From IMG/VR virus record IMGVR_UViG_3300034375_010259, positions 1-52,020 of that record: a stretch of DNA of 52,020 nt; one strand, written 5' to 3'. Made by a program: the position numbers and the translations under genes. This DNA comes from a virus. Lineage: Duplodnaviria; Caudoviricetes. The notes below the pieces were generated by a model. The model saw nothing but the letters and a program-made list of their open reading frames with translations, did not search any database and was not told the origin of the DNA. This document shows, piece after piece, positions 30,131 through 39,198 of the stretch (positions within the stretch are counted from its first letter, which is position 1; each line of letters opens with the position of its first letter).

Positions 30131-30835
30131 GTGAGCATATATATAAAAAACACCGACTCTATTACAAGAACCTGGCATGGAAAACAACTCAATGTAAATG
30201 AATATCATTTAATTCAACCATCATCAGAAGTATCATGGGCAAACAATGAACAACTTCTCATAGACATAGCAAACGGAAAAGCCACAGTAGCTAAGGACGA
30301 TTCTGGTTCTAAAGATATTACAAACATAAATGAAGCTATAAACTACTTAAAAAACAACCTACCCACTCAAGTAAAAACCATTGCGGTAAATGAACCAGAT
30401 GGAAAAAGGGCTAGGTTAGTGGGAGTAATACCAGGAACCACAATTGCCACGGCAAATACCACAACCTCCCATGATTACTTAATTCCACAACTACAATACG
30501 AAGGACAAAACGTAAATTCTATCTTCGACGGAATTCAATACTTCGTAAAAGACTCTGAAATGGGGGACAAAATGACTTTCCAAGTAGTTGACAAAGACGG
30601 ATTCGGAGTGTTAGCAGGATGGTATGACCAAGCCACTTTCGATGCTATGGGAAATCTATATGTAGTAGAAGAATTTGGAAAAGACTGGAACATCGCTCCC
30701 AATCATCTTGAAAACATTGTACTTTATAAAGCCCGGCTAATAAGTGGACTATATCTGCGAGTAAATTACACCAATGTCCACGCAACAAAAGACACAAATT
30801 TTTTTATAAACCTCTTCCGACACATCGAGTCGTAA
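30131..30835 (+). CDS. structural / hypothetical protein
   Basis: GGAGG RBS and GTG start; N-terminus resembles that of 29433-30119. Confidence 0.55.
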   Translation: MSIYIKNTDSITRTWHGKQLNVNEYHLIQPSSEVSWANNEQLLIDIANGKATVAKDDSGSKDITNINEAINYLKNNLPTQVKTIAVNEPDGKRARLVGVIPGTTIATANTTTSHDYLIPQLQYEGQNVNSIFDGIQYFVKDSEMGDKMTFQVVDKDGFGVLAGWYDQATFDAMGNLYVVEEFGKDWNIAPNHLENIVLYKARLISGLYLRVNYTNVHATKDTNFFINLFRHIES

Positions 30836-30836
30836 C

Positions 30837-31382
30837 GTGGAATACATAAAAATAGGATTTTCCAAATCAAAAAAACCGCTACCTATTGGATCATGGATAA
30901 TCAGAGCTTATCAAAGAACCTCCTACTCTCACGTATATATAGAAGTTCCTACAAGTAAATTCCCTTCTAATCATATACTACATGCATCAGAAGGCATTGT
31001 ACACAAAATGTCAAAAACTCAGTTCCATAAAAAACATGAAATCACAGAAGAATATGTAATTCAAATACCGGAGATGATATTATTCAATAAACACCAAAAC
31101 AAAAGCACTACATTGTATCAACTAATACTAGATGAAATGCACGAAATTTCTGGAGCCGATTACGGTATAATGCAAAACATAGGTATCGCTTTAGTAGACT
31201 TACTAAGACTATTCAACATAAAAATAAAAAACCCTTGGACTTCCGGCTGGAACTGCTCAGAATTTGTAGGATTTGTACTAAAAAACATTTTTCCAGAAGC
31301 CTTTAAAAACAAGAACTTAGACATTATAACGCCTAAAGATATTAATAACATCCTAAAAAGCCTAACAAATCTATATAAGTAA
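30837..31382 (+). CDS. permuted papain-like NlpC/P60 (YiiX/YebB-type) amidase/peptidase
   Basis: YSHVYI, LHASEG, G.DY, WNCSEFV (His before Cys indicates permutation). Confidence 0.8.
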   Translation: MEYIKIGFSKSKKPLPIGSWIIRAYQRTSYSHVYIEVPTSKFPSNHILHASEGIVHKMSKTQFHKKHEITEEYVIQIPEMILFNKHQNKSTTLYQLILDEMHEISGADYGIMQNIGIALVDLLRLFNIKIKNPWTSGWNCSEFVGFVLKNIFPEAFKNKNLDIITPKDINNILKSLTNLYK

Positions 31383-31405
31383 CCACACAAAGAAGGAAAG
31401 AACGC

Positions 31406-31771
31406 ATGAGAACCAAAAACGACTCCTTGACGCTGTCTGGCACCGATATGACAGTCAACATCACCTCAGATCCAATCTGGTTAGGTCACATCGTAAATTA
31501 CTCAATTCAAGTAGTTTATACCGGAACTCCAAATGGAACCCTTAAACTCCAAGGCTCTAACGATCAAGGAGCCAACGACACTTCTTTATCAACCGCAACA
31601 ATTACAAACTGGACCGACATTCCTTCCAGCTCTATAGCCGTTTCAGCCGCAGGAAGCTCTTTATTACTAGACAAAGATTGTGGATACCGCTGGGTTCGCC
31701 TAGTATGGACTGACTCAGCTTCAGGAGCTTCTTCCATTACAGTAGCGAGATATAACGTAAAAGGTATATAA
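31406..31771 (+). CDS. small beta-sandwich virion protein
   Basis: GTLKLQGSND..W..YRWVRLVW; paralogue of 20797-21156. Confidence 0.6.
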   Translation: MRTKNDSLTLSGTDMTVNITSDPIWLGHIVNYSIQVVYTGTPNGTLKLQGSNDQGANDTSLSTATITNWTDIPSSSIAVSAAGSSLLLDKDCGYRWVRLVWTDSASGASSITVARYNVKGI

Positions 31772-31777
31772 TAAAAG

Positions 31778-32035
31778 GTGAATAAAATGAAGGAAGATTT
31801 TGACAGGATTCACAATAAAATTGAAAAAATTGATGACAAACTAGACAATATAGATAAACATTTAGCGGTATACAATGAGCAACTAGCTATTCATATAAAA
31901 AGAACAGCTTTATTGGAAGATGAAATAAAACCAATAAAAACCCATGTAGATCAAATAAAAGGCATAGGTAAAGCTTTAACCATTTTATCGATAATAACAA
32001 CCGTAGTCCTAGCCGCAAAACAATTCATAGGATAA
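31778..32035 (+). CDS. putative holin / XhlA-like membrane protein
   Basis: Coiled coil plus a single C-terminal TM segment. Confidence 0.5.
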   Translation: MNKMKEDFDRIHNKIEKIDDKLDNIDKHLAVYNEQLAIHIKRTALLEDEIKPIKTHVDQIKGIGKALTILSIITTVVLAAKQFIG

Positions 32036-32039
32036 TATA

Positions 32040-32711
32040 ATGGAAGATGAAAAAAAGAAAAAAATCAACCCTATAAGAAAAATCGCCAAAGCAGGCATGG
32101 AAAGGGTATCAGAAGCGAAGAAAGATAAATCAGAAATTTTAAAGCCCACATCTACTTTTAAACAAAAAACTGAAAAAATAGATACAAAAAGCGCTCAAAA
32201 ACAACTATCAGGCGACGAATTTGTAAAAAAACAAAACAGAATAAAAAGACTAAAAAAAATAAAACAAGGCGTCTTAGAAAAATCAGCAGAATTATCAACA
32301 AGTGAAGGAGCTGGTCCAGCAACTCGATATGTTGAAAAAGCTAAAAAAATAATAGACGAAGCCAAAGAACGTAGAGGAATTACAGAAAAGATCGGAACCT
32401 CTCAAAAAGGAATGCTCAAAGCATCTTCTAAACTAGGAAAATCGGCAGGAAATAAAGCCTTAAAAAAAACTGGCGGATCTTTAGTAAAAAAAGTAGCCTC
32501 CAAAGCAGGACCAGTAGCATCTTTTGCAGCCGCTTTAGGAACCGCAATCTCAGCAAAAGACTCTATGGCTGCAATGCCAGGAGAAGAATCCGGACCCGCA
32601 CGAGGTACAGAAGAATATAAACTAGAAGGCGGAAAAGGTGACAAAGAAAAAGACAAACAAATTTACGAGGAGGCTATGAAAAAATGGCGCTCCAAAAAAC
32701 TAAGGAGATAA
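32040..32711 (+). CDS. hypothetical Lys-rich protein
   Basis: 223-aa ORF with one Gly/Ala hydrophobic segment. Confidence 0.6.
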   Translation: MEDEKKKKINPIRKIAKAGMERVSEAKKDKSEILKPTSTFKQKTEKIDTKSAQKQLSGDEFVKKQNRIKRLKKIKQGVLEKSAELSTSEGAGPATRYVEKAKKIIDEAKERRGITEKIGTSQKGMLKASSKLGKSAGNKALKKTGGSLVKKVASKAGPVASFAAALGTAISAKDSMAAMPGEESGPARGTEEYKLEGGKGDKEKDKQIYEEAMKKWRSKKLRR

Positions 32712-32712
32712 A

Positions 32713-32874
32713 ATGGAAATCTTAAAAAGCGTGGGAAAATCCCTTTTAAGCGCATTACTAACTGAAAAGTTTCTAAAAGAACTTATCATATTTCTTCTCG
32801 AAAAGCTTGTAGCTAAAACAGACAACAAACTTGACGACGAAATCGTAGCCAAAGTAAAGGAAGCTCTAAAGTAA
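32713..32874 (+). CDS. 53-aa amphipathic protein (TDNKLDD motif), possibly lysis-associated
   Basis: TAAGGAG RBS; MEILKSVGKSLLSALLTEKFLKELIIFLLEKLVAKTDNKLDDEIVAKVKEALK; below the ORF-track cutoff. Confidence 0.75.
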   Translation: MEILKSVGKSLLSALLTEKFLKELIIFLLEKLVAKTDNKLDDEIVAKVKEALK

Positions 32875-32877
32875 TTC

Positions 32878-33345
32878 ATGAAACGAATAAAGCTAGTAAT
32901 CCCGCTAAAGCCATACAGTCTAAACAAAATGTACTACCGCGACGGTAAAATAAAAAAGACTGAAGCTAGAAACTGGGAGAACGCTGTAATCGAATATCTA
33001 AGGGACGAAAAAACCCAAAAAGACCTTGAACAATTTAGAGAATCTTTCAATCCTAAAAAACACTACCTAGAAATCCACCTTTTATTCTTATACCCCAAAG
33101 AACTATTATTTACCAGGGAAGGCTCATGTAGTTCTAAAGTATTTGACGCTACTAACGTGGAAAAGCCTTTAGTAGACGTAATATTCTTAAAATCCCACTC
33201 AACATCTCGAATAAGAAATCTCGAAATAGATGATAAATTTATAATGGACTTAGTTTCAAAAAAAAGATCTGCTGAAAAGCATCGAATGGAAATTACAATT
33301 TATATAAAAGATCTTCAAGATCTTCAAGATACAGAGCAACCTTAG
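32878..33345 (+). CDS. rusA: RusA-like Holliday junction resolvase
   Basis: PYSLNKMY; DATNVEKPLVDVI; IDDKFI catalytic Asp pattern. Confidence 0.8.
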   Translation: MKRIKLVIPLKPYSLNKMYYRDGKIKKTEARNWENAVIEYLRDEKTQKDLEQFRESFNPKKHYLEIHLLFLYPKELLFTREGSCSSKVFDATNVEKPLVDVIFLKSHSTSRIRNLEIDDKFIMDLVSKKRSAEKHRMEITIYIKDLQDLQDTEQP

Positions 33346-33844
33346 TCTTAGCATAAAAAGGAACTTTACACTCCCCCCAACGCTTATAGTCTGATACGTC
33401 TTTAGCATCACAATAACCTAAGATCTCCACCTCTCGCTTATCAAGATCTACCGACGTAAAAGCCAAAATGTCCTCCTCAGAAGGTTTAGAATACAAAGAA
33501 TCAGATTTTTGGAATAACCATGATTTTCCATAACGCTCTACACTAGCAAGACTTTGAGATTTTACATGTACAAAACCATAATCAGAAATCAAATCAGCCG
33601 AAAAAGACTTTCTCCGACCTTCATAGATTTTCATATCTGGCTTAGTGCATTTACGGTTCTTTCGATTCAAATCCTTATAAACCGCCCACTCGCCTAAAGT
33701 ACCGCAGATAATATCCTCAATCATTTTATCTACTCGACTCTCACCTCTATAAGCATAACATGATTTAGACAATCCCACTCGATCATGAGCAAAAGCAACG
33801 CATTTATCATACAAGTACTTACTTATTTTTATTTTTTTCGCCAT
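33293..33844 (-). CDS. putative PD-(D/E)XK-like nuclease
   Basis: GTLGEWAV..PD..ADL..VHVKS; ATG at 33844. Confidence 0.5.
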   Translation of the reverse strand: MAKKIKISKYLYDKCVAFAHDRVGLSKSCYAYRGESRVDKMIEDIICGTLGEWAVYKDLNRKNRKCTKPDMKIYEGRRKSFSADLISDYGFVHVKSQSLASVERYGKSWLFQKSDSLYSKPSEEDILAFTSVDLDKREVEILGYCDAKDVSDYKRWGECKVPFYAKTKVALYLEDLEDLLYKL

Positions 33845-33849
33845 ATAAC

Positions 33850-34128
33850 CTACAAAAGTATAAAAAGTAAAATAGTTAAAACTGAAGTCCAATTAAGAGC
33901 CTTGGAAGCCTTTGCCTCTTCCTCTACTTCTTTAACTCGATCTTCAACTACTCTAATTTTAGTATCTTGAGCTATAATAACCTTTTTCTGGCTATTAATA
34001 GTCTTTTCCTGAGCCTCTACGACCTTAGTACACTTACTAAGTACTTTATCACACTCACTTGTCATCCCTATAGGACTGTAAATCAGACATGAAATCATCA
34101 CGCAATTTATTAGAATTTTCTTCAGCAT
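33850..34128 (-). CDS. envelope protein: signal/lipoprotein-like N-terminus, coiled coil, C-terminal TM (spanin-like?)
   Basis: MLKKILINCVMISC..; ALNWTSVLTILLFILL. Confidence 0.45.
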   Translation of the reverse strand: MLKKILINCVMISCLIYSPIGMTSECDKVLSKCTKVVEAQEKTINSQKKVIIAQDTKIRVVEDRVKEVEEEAKASKALNWTSVLTILLFILL

Positions 34129-34252
34129 TTTGAGCCTCCTTCTTAGCTTCTTTTATTTGCTTATTTAGTTTTTTTACTTTCAACTCATACATAATACTTT
34201 TAACCGCACTTTTAATTATATGAACAATGTGATCAATTAACAACTTTATCAT
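34055..34252 (-). CDS. hypothetical amphipathic/coiled-coil protein
   Basis: Coupled to the polA stop; overlaps the next gene by 74 bp. Confidence 0.5.
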   Translation of the reverse strand: MIKLLIDHIVHIIKSAVKSIMYELKVKKLNKQIKEAKKEAQNAEENSNKLRDDFMSDLQSYRDDK

Positions 34253-36459
34253 TATTTAATATCTCCATACTTGTTTCCAACTTCCGGATCAGCATTTAAA
34301 GGTACTGAAAGTTTAGTAGTATTCTCCATAAGGAATTTCATGATCTTAACAACTCTCTCAACATCTTTTTCAGCCGCGCTCACCACAATTTCATCATGAA
34401 TCTGCATAATAATATGAGCATCCAAACCTATTCTTTTAAACTCCCTAGAAATAGCCACACAAGCTCTATTAGTTATGGAAGCCGCCATAGACTGAATAGG
34501 AAAATTTAACGCATTATTAATAGCCGCTCGATACTGCTTACTTAAATATTTCATCTGCTTATATTTTTTAGGACATCCGTGATATTTCTTCCACAAAGAT
34601 AAAGAATCTCCTAACTCTTCACCATGAGCAAAATGAAGCTTTTTTAGCATGGGCAAATGCCGAACCCTTCCAGCTCTACTTTTTACATATCCGAACTTTT
34701 TGGCAAAATCAATAAGATTGTCCATACGGATTTTTAAATCAGGATAGGTATGAAAATAAGAATCAATGATCTCATCAGCATCCTCTGTAGAGATATTTAA
34801 GGTCTTTGAAAGTTTAAAAGACTGCATTCCGTACCTTAGACCTAATGAATAAACCTTAGCATCCTGCCTAAGATCTGGTTTATGATTTTTCAAAAAATTA
34901 TCCGCCTTCTTATCAGCGGAATACTCATCCGACAATCCATGAACCCCGATAGCCGTTTTTGAGTAAAAATCTTCTCCATTTCTAATCATATCCAACAAAG
35001 CCGGATCTTCAGAATCATCAGCAAAAACAACAACCTCCAAAGAACTATAATCGGCACCCACTAACTTTCTACCAGAACCAGAAATGATACAATCCCTGAT
35101 TACATTATTATATTTCTCAACTAAGGGATCAACTCCGGAAACCTTTCTAGGTAATTGCATCAAATCTCCACCTAAACGTCCTGAAGTAGTCCTATGCATA
35201 AACCATCCTGGAAAAAATGATCCGTCTATATTCTGCTCCAGGTATCTATCAATATAAGTCCCCTGAAGCTTCACAAGCCTATTAAAGACCATAAGATCTT
35301 TCACCCACTCGTACTTATCAGCTACTTTCATCAAAAACAAATGATCTACTTGAGGATTACCCTTCTCAGTACGACTAACCGGCTCCTCCTGAAGCTCATC
35401 AAAAAATAAACGCTTCAAATGGTCCTTACTACTTAGATTAAATACTTGAGGTTTTCCTTGCTCCTCCCACCATAAATTCTGAACAGCCTTAACAACTTCC
35501 TCATCCAAATAAGGACCTCCACTAATAAACTTAATAGCTTCATGATCCTTAAAAGGTTCTAATGCGGAATCACTAAGACTATATCTACCTGTCTTAGTCT
35601 TCGGAAGATCCAAATCATAATACTTACACAATAATTGAGCAAAAGTCCCTGACCTTCTTGGAGGCATCTCTTTGTTCAAATACCATGAATAAAAATTATC
35701 CAAATGCGGCTCTATTTGCTGCATGATCTTATTAGTTTGATTCTCAATATCTAGTTTTAATTCCTCAGAGTACTTAGACAAAAGATCAACATCAACAACC
35801 ACACCTTTAGACTCCATAGGAATAATAACTTCTTTATACATAGGCATGACTTCTTCAACAAAGAAGAATTTTTCTAACCTCTGTTTTTTAACTTCTTTCA
35901 AATAATGCTCATTAATTCTAAAAGTAAGCAAGCAATCCTGAATACAGTACTTACCTAGTATTTCGGCATCAGCCATAAAATAATCAGACGAAGGATTACC
36001 GCCATTAGCCTTAATAGACTCTTTCATTAACGCCTGCTCATCAACAGCTTCGTCACCATACAATTTCTTCGCCAACTCTTTCAAAGCAAAAGGACGCTCC
36101 TCATCGACTGTATGCTTTGCCAACATCCCATCAGACCATAAACTATTTACTAAGTCTACGCCAAAATAAGACATACAAAACCTACACTCAAATGAGGAGT
36201 TCCATCCCGTCCATTGCTTATCTTTTAATTTCGCTAAAATTTTCTTACATTCCTCAAAAGGAATTACTTCTTCTAACTCAGATCCGTTCCAGCGTAGATG
36301 AACAACGTAAAAGCCCTTTTCGCTATTACTAACTCCAAACCCAATAATTTTTTCTTGGCTTGGCATCAGTCCCGTCGTTTCAATGTCAAATGCCAAAAAT
36401 TCATTTTGATCTATGAAAGTAGTAATGTCAATAAGATCTCTTACGTTGTCTATTATCAT
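34252..36459 (-). CDS. polA: family A DNA polymerase with 3'-5' exonuclease domain
   Basis: ExoI FDIETTG, ExoIII YCIQD; motif A GADYSSLE, motif B RQDAKVYSLGLRYG, NFPIQS, motif C QIHDEIV. Confidence 0.95.
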   Translation of the reverse strand: MIIDNVRDLIDITTFIDQNEFLAFDIETTGLMPSQEKIIGFGVSNSEKGFYVVHLRWNGSELEEVIPFEECKKILAKLKDKQWTGWNSSFECRFCMSYFGVDLVNSLWSDGMLAKHTVDEERPFALKELAKKLYGDEAVDEQALMKESIKANGGNPSSDYFMADAEILGKYCIQDCLLTFRINEHYLKEVKKQRLEKFFFVEEVMPMYKEVIIPMESKGVVVDVDLLSKYSEELKLDIENQTNKIMQQIEPHLDNFYSWYLNKEMPPRRSGTFAQLLCKYYDLDLPKTKTGRYSLSDSALEPFKDHEAIKFISGGPYLDEEVVKAVQNLWWEEQGKPQVFNLSSKDHLKRLFFDELQEEPVSRTEKGNPQVDHLFLMKVADKYEWVKDLMVFNRLVKLQGTYIDRYLEQNIDGSFFPGWFMHRTTSGRLGGDLMQLPRKVSGVDPLVEKYNNVIRDCIISGSGRKLVGADYSSLEVVVFADDSEDPALLDMIRNGEDFYSKTAIGVHGLSDEYSADKKADNFLKNHKPDLRQDAKVYSLGLRYGMQSFKLSKTLNISTEDADEIIDSYFHTYPDLKIRMDNLIDFAKKFGYVKSRAGRVRHLPMLKKLHFAHGEELGDSLSLWKKYHGCPKKYKQMKYLSKQYRAAINNALNFPIQSMAASITNRACVAISREFKRIGLDAHIIMQIHDEIVVSAAEKDVERVVKIMKFLMENTTKLSVPLNADPEVGNKYGDIK

Positions 36460-36475
36460 CTAAACCTCTAATTAA

Positions 36476-36823
36476 TTATGCTACTAAAACATCAAAGGAA
36501 TGAGCCATAGTTCCTTTATAGGTGCCTTTTTTCATTTCTTTTTTGCCTTCGTAGACTATTTTGCAGAAATCTCCAGGAGAGACTTCCTTCATTCTATGAG
36601 CTAAGTTCCCAGCATGATTAACAATAACAATAGTCCCGTCTTCTTGTTCGAACTTGTAATCATACTTATTAGGATCATACTTGTTCTCAATAGCCTCTAA
36701 AAAAGTTCCCTCTAAAAGATCTCCTACAAAGCCTTCATCAGCCAAAGACTTTGGACGGATAAATTTTACTGAAAACTCACCCTCTGACTCACCATTAGGT
36801 CTTTTCCATACTCTTTCTGACAT
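36476..36823 (-). CDS. putative OB-fold ssDNA-binding protein
   Basis: GDLLEGTF..PGDFCKIVYEGKK..HSFDV beta pattern; next to polA. Confidence 0.5.
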   Translation of the reverse strand: MSERVWKRPNGESEGEFSVKFIRPKSLADEGFVGDLLEGTFLEAIENKYDPNKYDYKFEQEDGTIVIVNHAGNLAHRMKEVSPGDFCKIVYEGKKEMKKGTYKGTMAHSFDVLVA

Positions 36824-36831
36824 ATTTACTC

Positions 36832-37020
36832 CTATTGCGGTTTCCCGCTATCTCTCTCGGCATTATTGCCTTGAGATTCGATCAAAACTATTTCATTTGT
36901 TGCACGATCCATCATCTTTTTAAGGAATCTATCCTTATAAAAAACTCCATCAGGATTATGATATAATTTATTATAAATATCCAATAACTGCACCAAATCA
37001 CTTTTTCTCATATTTTTCAT
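36832..37020 (-). CDS. hypothetical protein
   Basis: GAGG RBS; fills the gap in the replication operon. Confidence 0.6.
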   Translation of the reverse strand: MKNMRKSDLVQLLDIYNKLYHNPDGVFYKDRFLKKMMDRATNEIVLIESQGNNAERDSGKPQ

Positions 37021-37021
37021 A

Positions 37022-37840
37022 CTACACCTCTAGTATCTCATAATTTTCAGATTTGTCAACTTCTTCTTTAATTATTTTTGTTGATTCCCATTTATTTTCT
37101 TTTTTGCAAGTTTCATAAATCTTCAAAGCTTTTCGGAATTTCCGATCTCCTTCGGATCTAGTATCCGCTGATAGCTTATAAATCTCGGTATTATTATCTC
37201 GTTTATCTAAAACCAAAAAGTAAAATTCAAATGGTTTACCATAATGTTTTTCAAACAATTTCAAATACATAGCCGAACTTATATCATAACCAAAACCATC
37301 AACCGTAATCTTAAAAGACTCTAAGTCTGAACCTTGCCCAGAAGTCTTTACATCTACTATATAGCCTTTTTCGACGTTTATATAGTCAGCTCGAACTTTC
37401 AAAGGTATTCCGTTATAGTCCATAAATAAAGAAGCTTCCGCCTTGCCGCCCTTTAAAAGCTCATTAGCTAATGACATTTTTCTAGCAGACGAAACCCACC
37501 GTTCGACTCTAACTCTCTGCGGCTTTGAAAGTAATATATAGCCCTGATTCTCTTCCTTAAAATCTTCCCAAGCCTTACCAATCTTTTTCCACCCGTCATA
37601 GAATCGAAATTCCTGATCAATCAAATGCGGCTCTAAAAGAAGAGAATGAGCATAAGTCCCTTCGTCAAAGTTGGCTTGAGTCCTGGGAGATGGTTCAGGT
37701 TTATTACCTAAAATCTTTTGTTCATAAAAATCTGCCGGATCTTTCAAAAGCATCTTCAAATTAGACGAACTTAAATGCTCCCGTTCCGCATGATAATCCT
37801 CATTCGATAAGTCTACAATACCGCTGTACTTTTTACTCAT
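37022..37840 (-). CDS. RecE/exonuclease VIII-like PD-(D/E)XK nuclease (DUF3799-type)
   Basis: LSNEDYHA..LSSSNLK; GTYAHSLLLEP; LKVRADY..IVDVKTS; FGYDISSAMY. Confidence 0.85.
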   Translation of the reverse strand: MSKKYSGIVDLSNEDYHAEREHLSSSNLKMLLKDPADFYEQKILGNKPEPSPRTQANFDEGTYAHSLLLEPHLIDQEFRFYDGWKKIGKAWEDFKEENQGYILLSKPQRVRVERWVSSARKMSLANELLKGGKAEASLFMDYNGIPLKVRADYINVEKGYIVDVKTSGQGSDLESFKITVDGFGYDISSAMYLKLFEKHYGKPFEFYFLVLDKRDNNTEIYKLSADTRSEGDRKFRKALKIYETCKKENKWESTKIIKEEVDKSENYEILEV

Positions 37841-39198
37841 TACTTTTTTCCTTTTGTTTTTTTCTCATGTATATGCAATCTCCACACCCTAACACCATCC
37901 TCCGTAGTATTTTTTACCGAGAAAACTTCAGGATATTTTTTCATCAATTCTAAAAACTTACCTCTACCGATTCTAAAGCTGTAGCCAAATTGCTCTTTAA
38001 CTTGATCAGCAGCCTCCCAAATCTCATAATTTTTACCACTATTAATCTCACAAAATCTAAATATGAACCAATCCTCCCATTCCTTTAAAGAGCTAGATCG
38101 GACTTCTTCAGTTCGTTTTGAAACAAAAACCTTTAACATTTCTTTTTCGTCTACATGATAATGCCATAAAAAAGAAGCCAAACTCTTTATATTCTCAGGA
38201 GCAAATAAGCTTTGAATCTCTTCCGGAGTAAAAACTGTAGTAAGCTTTTTATCAGTCAATTCAATAATACTAAATCGCCTATCATCAGCAGTAAGAGAAA
38301 TAGAATCCATGTTATTTGATGATATGTAAAAATTAGCATAATTCTTAATTTCCTTAGCATCTACACCTTTCTGCTCAATCTCTAAATAGTCATTAACCAC
38401 CAACTTTATCCGATCCTCTTCTTCTTTGTTTTTTATACTTATTTCATCACAATAAACCAATCTTTTGTTCGCTATCTGAGAATTAAAAGTCCCTTTAAAC
38501 ATTCTATCTCCGCCAGAGTAGAAATTAGAGGCTCCAAACAATTCTCTCATAATCCCACCTAGAACACCCTTTCCAATTCCTTGTTTGCCTATAGTAGCCA
38601 AGATACAATAATTACGACTTCTCAAGCCATTTGCCAGCCATTGAATTAGATAATTGTATGAAGTCTTATCCTTATTGACTAAATGCATGAAAAACCGACG
38701 GTACAAGTTTTGAAATTCTAACTCTTTTGGCACTTCCAGATTCCCTTCCGAAAAAAAACAATCCTGAAACCAGAAAGGCGGCTGGTACGTATTAAAACTA
38801 TAAGTATCGTCATCATTTTTTATTAACATCCCGTAATCATAAGGTCGATACTCATACTCGCACGTAATAATCTTATTTTTGATATTGCACCTACGATCAA
38901 AAAGCTCCACTAATCGAGATCTATGAATCTTAGAAACTTGTCGAGAAACCTTATCAAGAATAGAAACCGTATTATCCTCACCCAATTGATCACAAACCAA
39001 GTCGGATCTAACTAACTTCTGAATAAGCCCGTAATTCTTATAATCAGCTACGCAATCCTCAATAATGTCGGCAAGAACTTCCGAACTGACAGACTTATAC
39101 TGCGCTTCCAATCTTTTCTGAATTTGATTATGGTTATTTCCAAATCTAATCAAAGTTTCACATTCCGTCTTTATTTCTCTAATTTCCTTACTATCCAT
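37840..39198 (-). CDS. D5-like / SF3 primase-associated helicase (DUF5906-type NTPase)
   Basis: Walker A GKQGIGKG, Walker B VYCDE, IEQKGVD, ISSNN, DDRRF; ATG at 39198 after GGGAG. Confidence 0.85.
   Translation of the reverse strand: MDSKEIREIKTECETLIRFGNNHNQIQKRLEAQYKSVSSEVLADIIEDCVADYKNYGLIQKLVRSDLVCDQLGEDNTVSILDKVSRQVSKIHRSRLVELFDRRCNIKNKIITCEYEYRPYDYGMLIKNDDDTYSFNTYQPPFWFQDCFFSEGNLEVPKELEFQNLYRRFFMHLVNKDKTSYNYLIQWLANGLRSRNYCILATIGKQGIGKGVLGGIMRELFGASNFYSGGDRMFKGTFNSQIANKRLVYCDEISIKNKEEEDRIKLVVNDYLEIEQKGVDAKEIKNYANFYISSNNMDSISLTADDRRFSIIELTDKKLTTVFTPEEIQSLFAPENIKSLASFLWHYHVDEKEMLKVFVSKRTEEVRSSSLKEWEDWFIFRFCEINSGKNYEIWEAADQVKEQFGYSFRIGRGKFLELMKKYPEVFSVKNTTEDGVRVWRLHIHEKKTKGKK

Noticed and set aside
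4704-31380. CTAACAA as a late-promoter motif upstream of several + genes
   Set aside because: It is short, often just a TAA stop in an A/C-rich context, with no consistent downstream element; it cannot be supported without statistics.
241-33000. Numerous - strand ORFs within the structural arm, and + strand ORFs within the early arm
   Set aside because: They are antisense shadows of well-supported genes, lacking RBSs and recognisable motifs.
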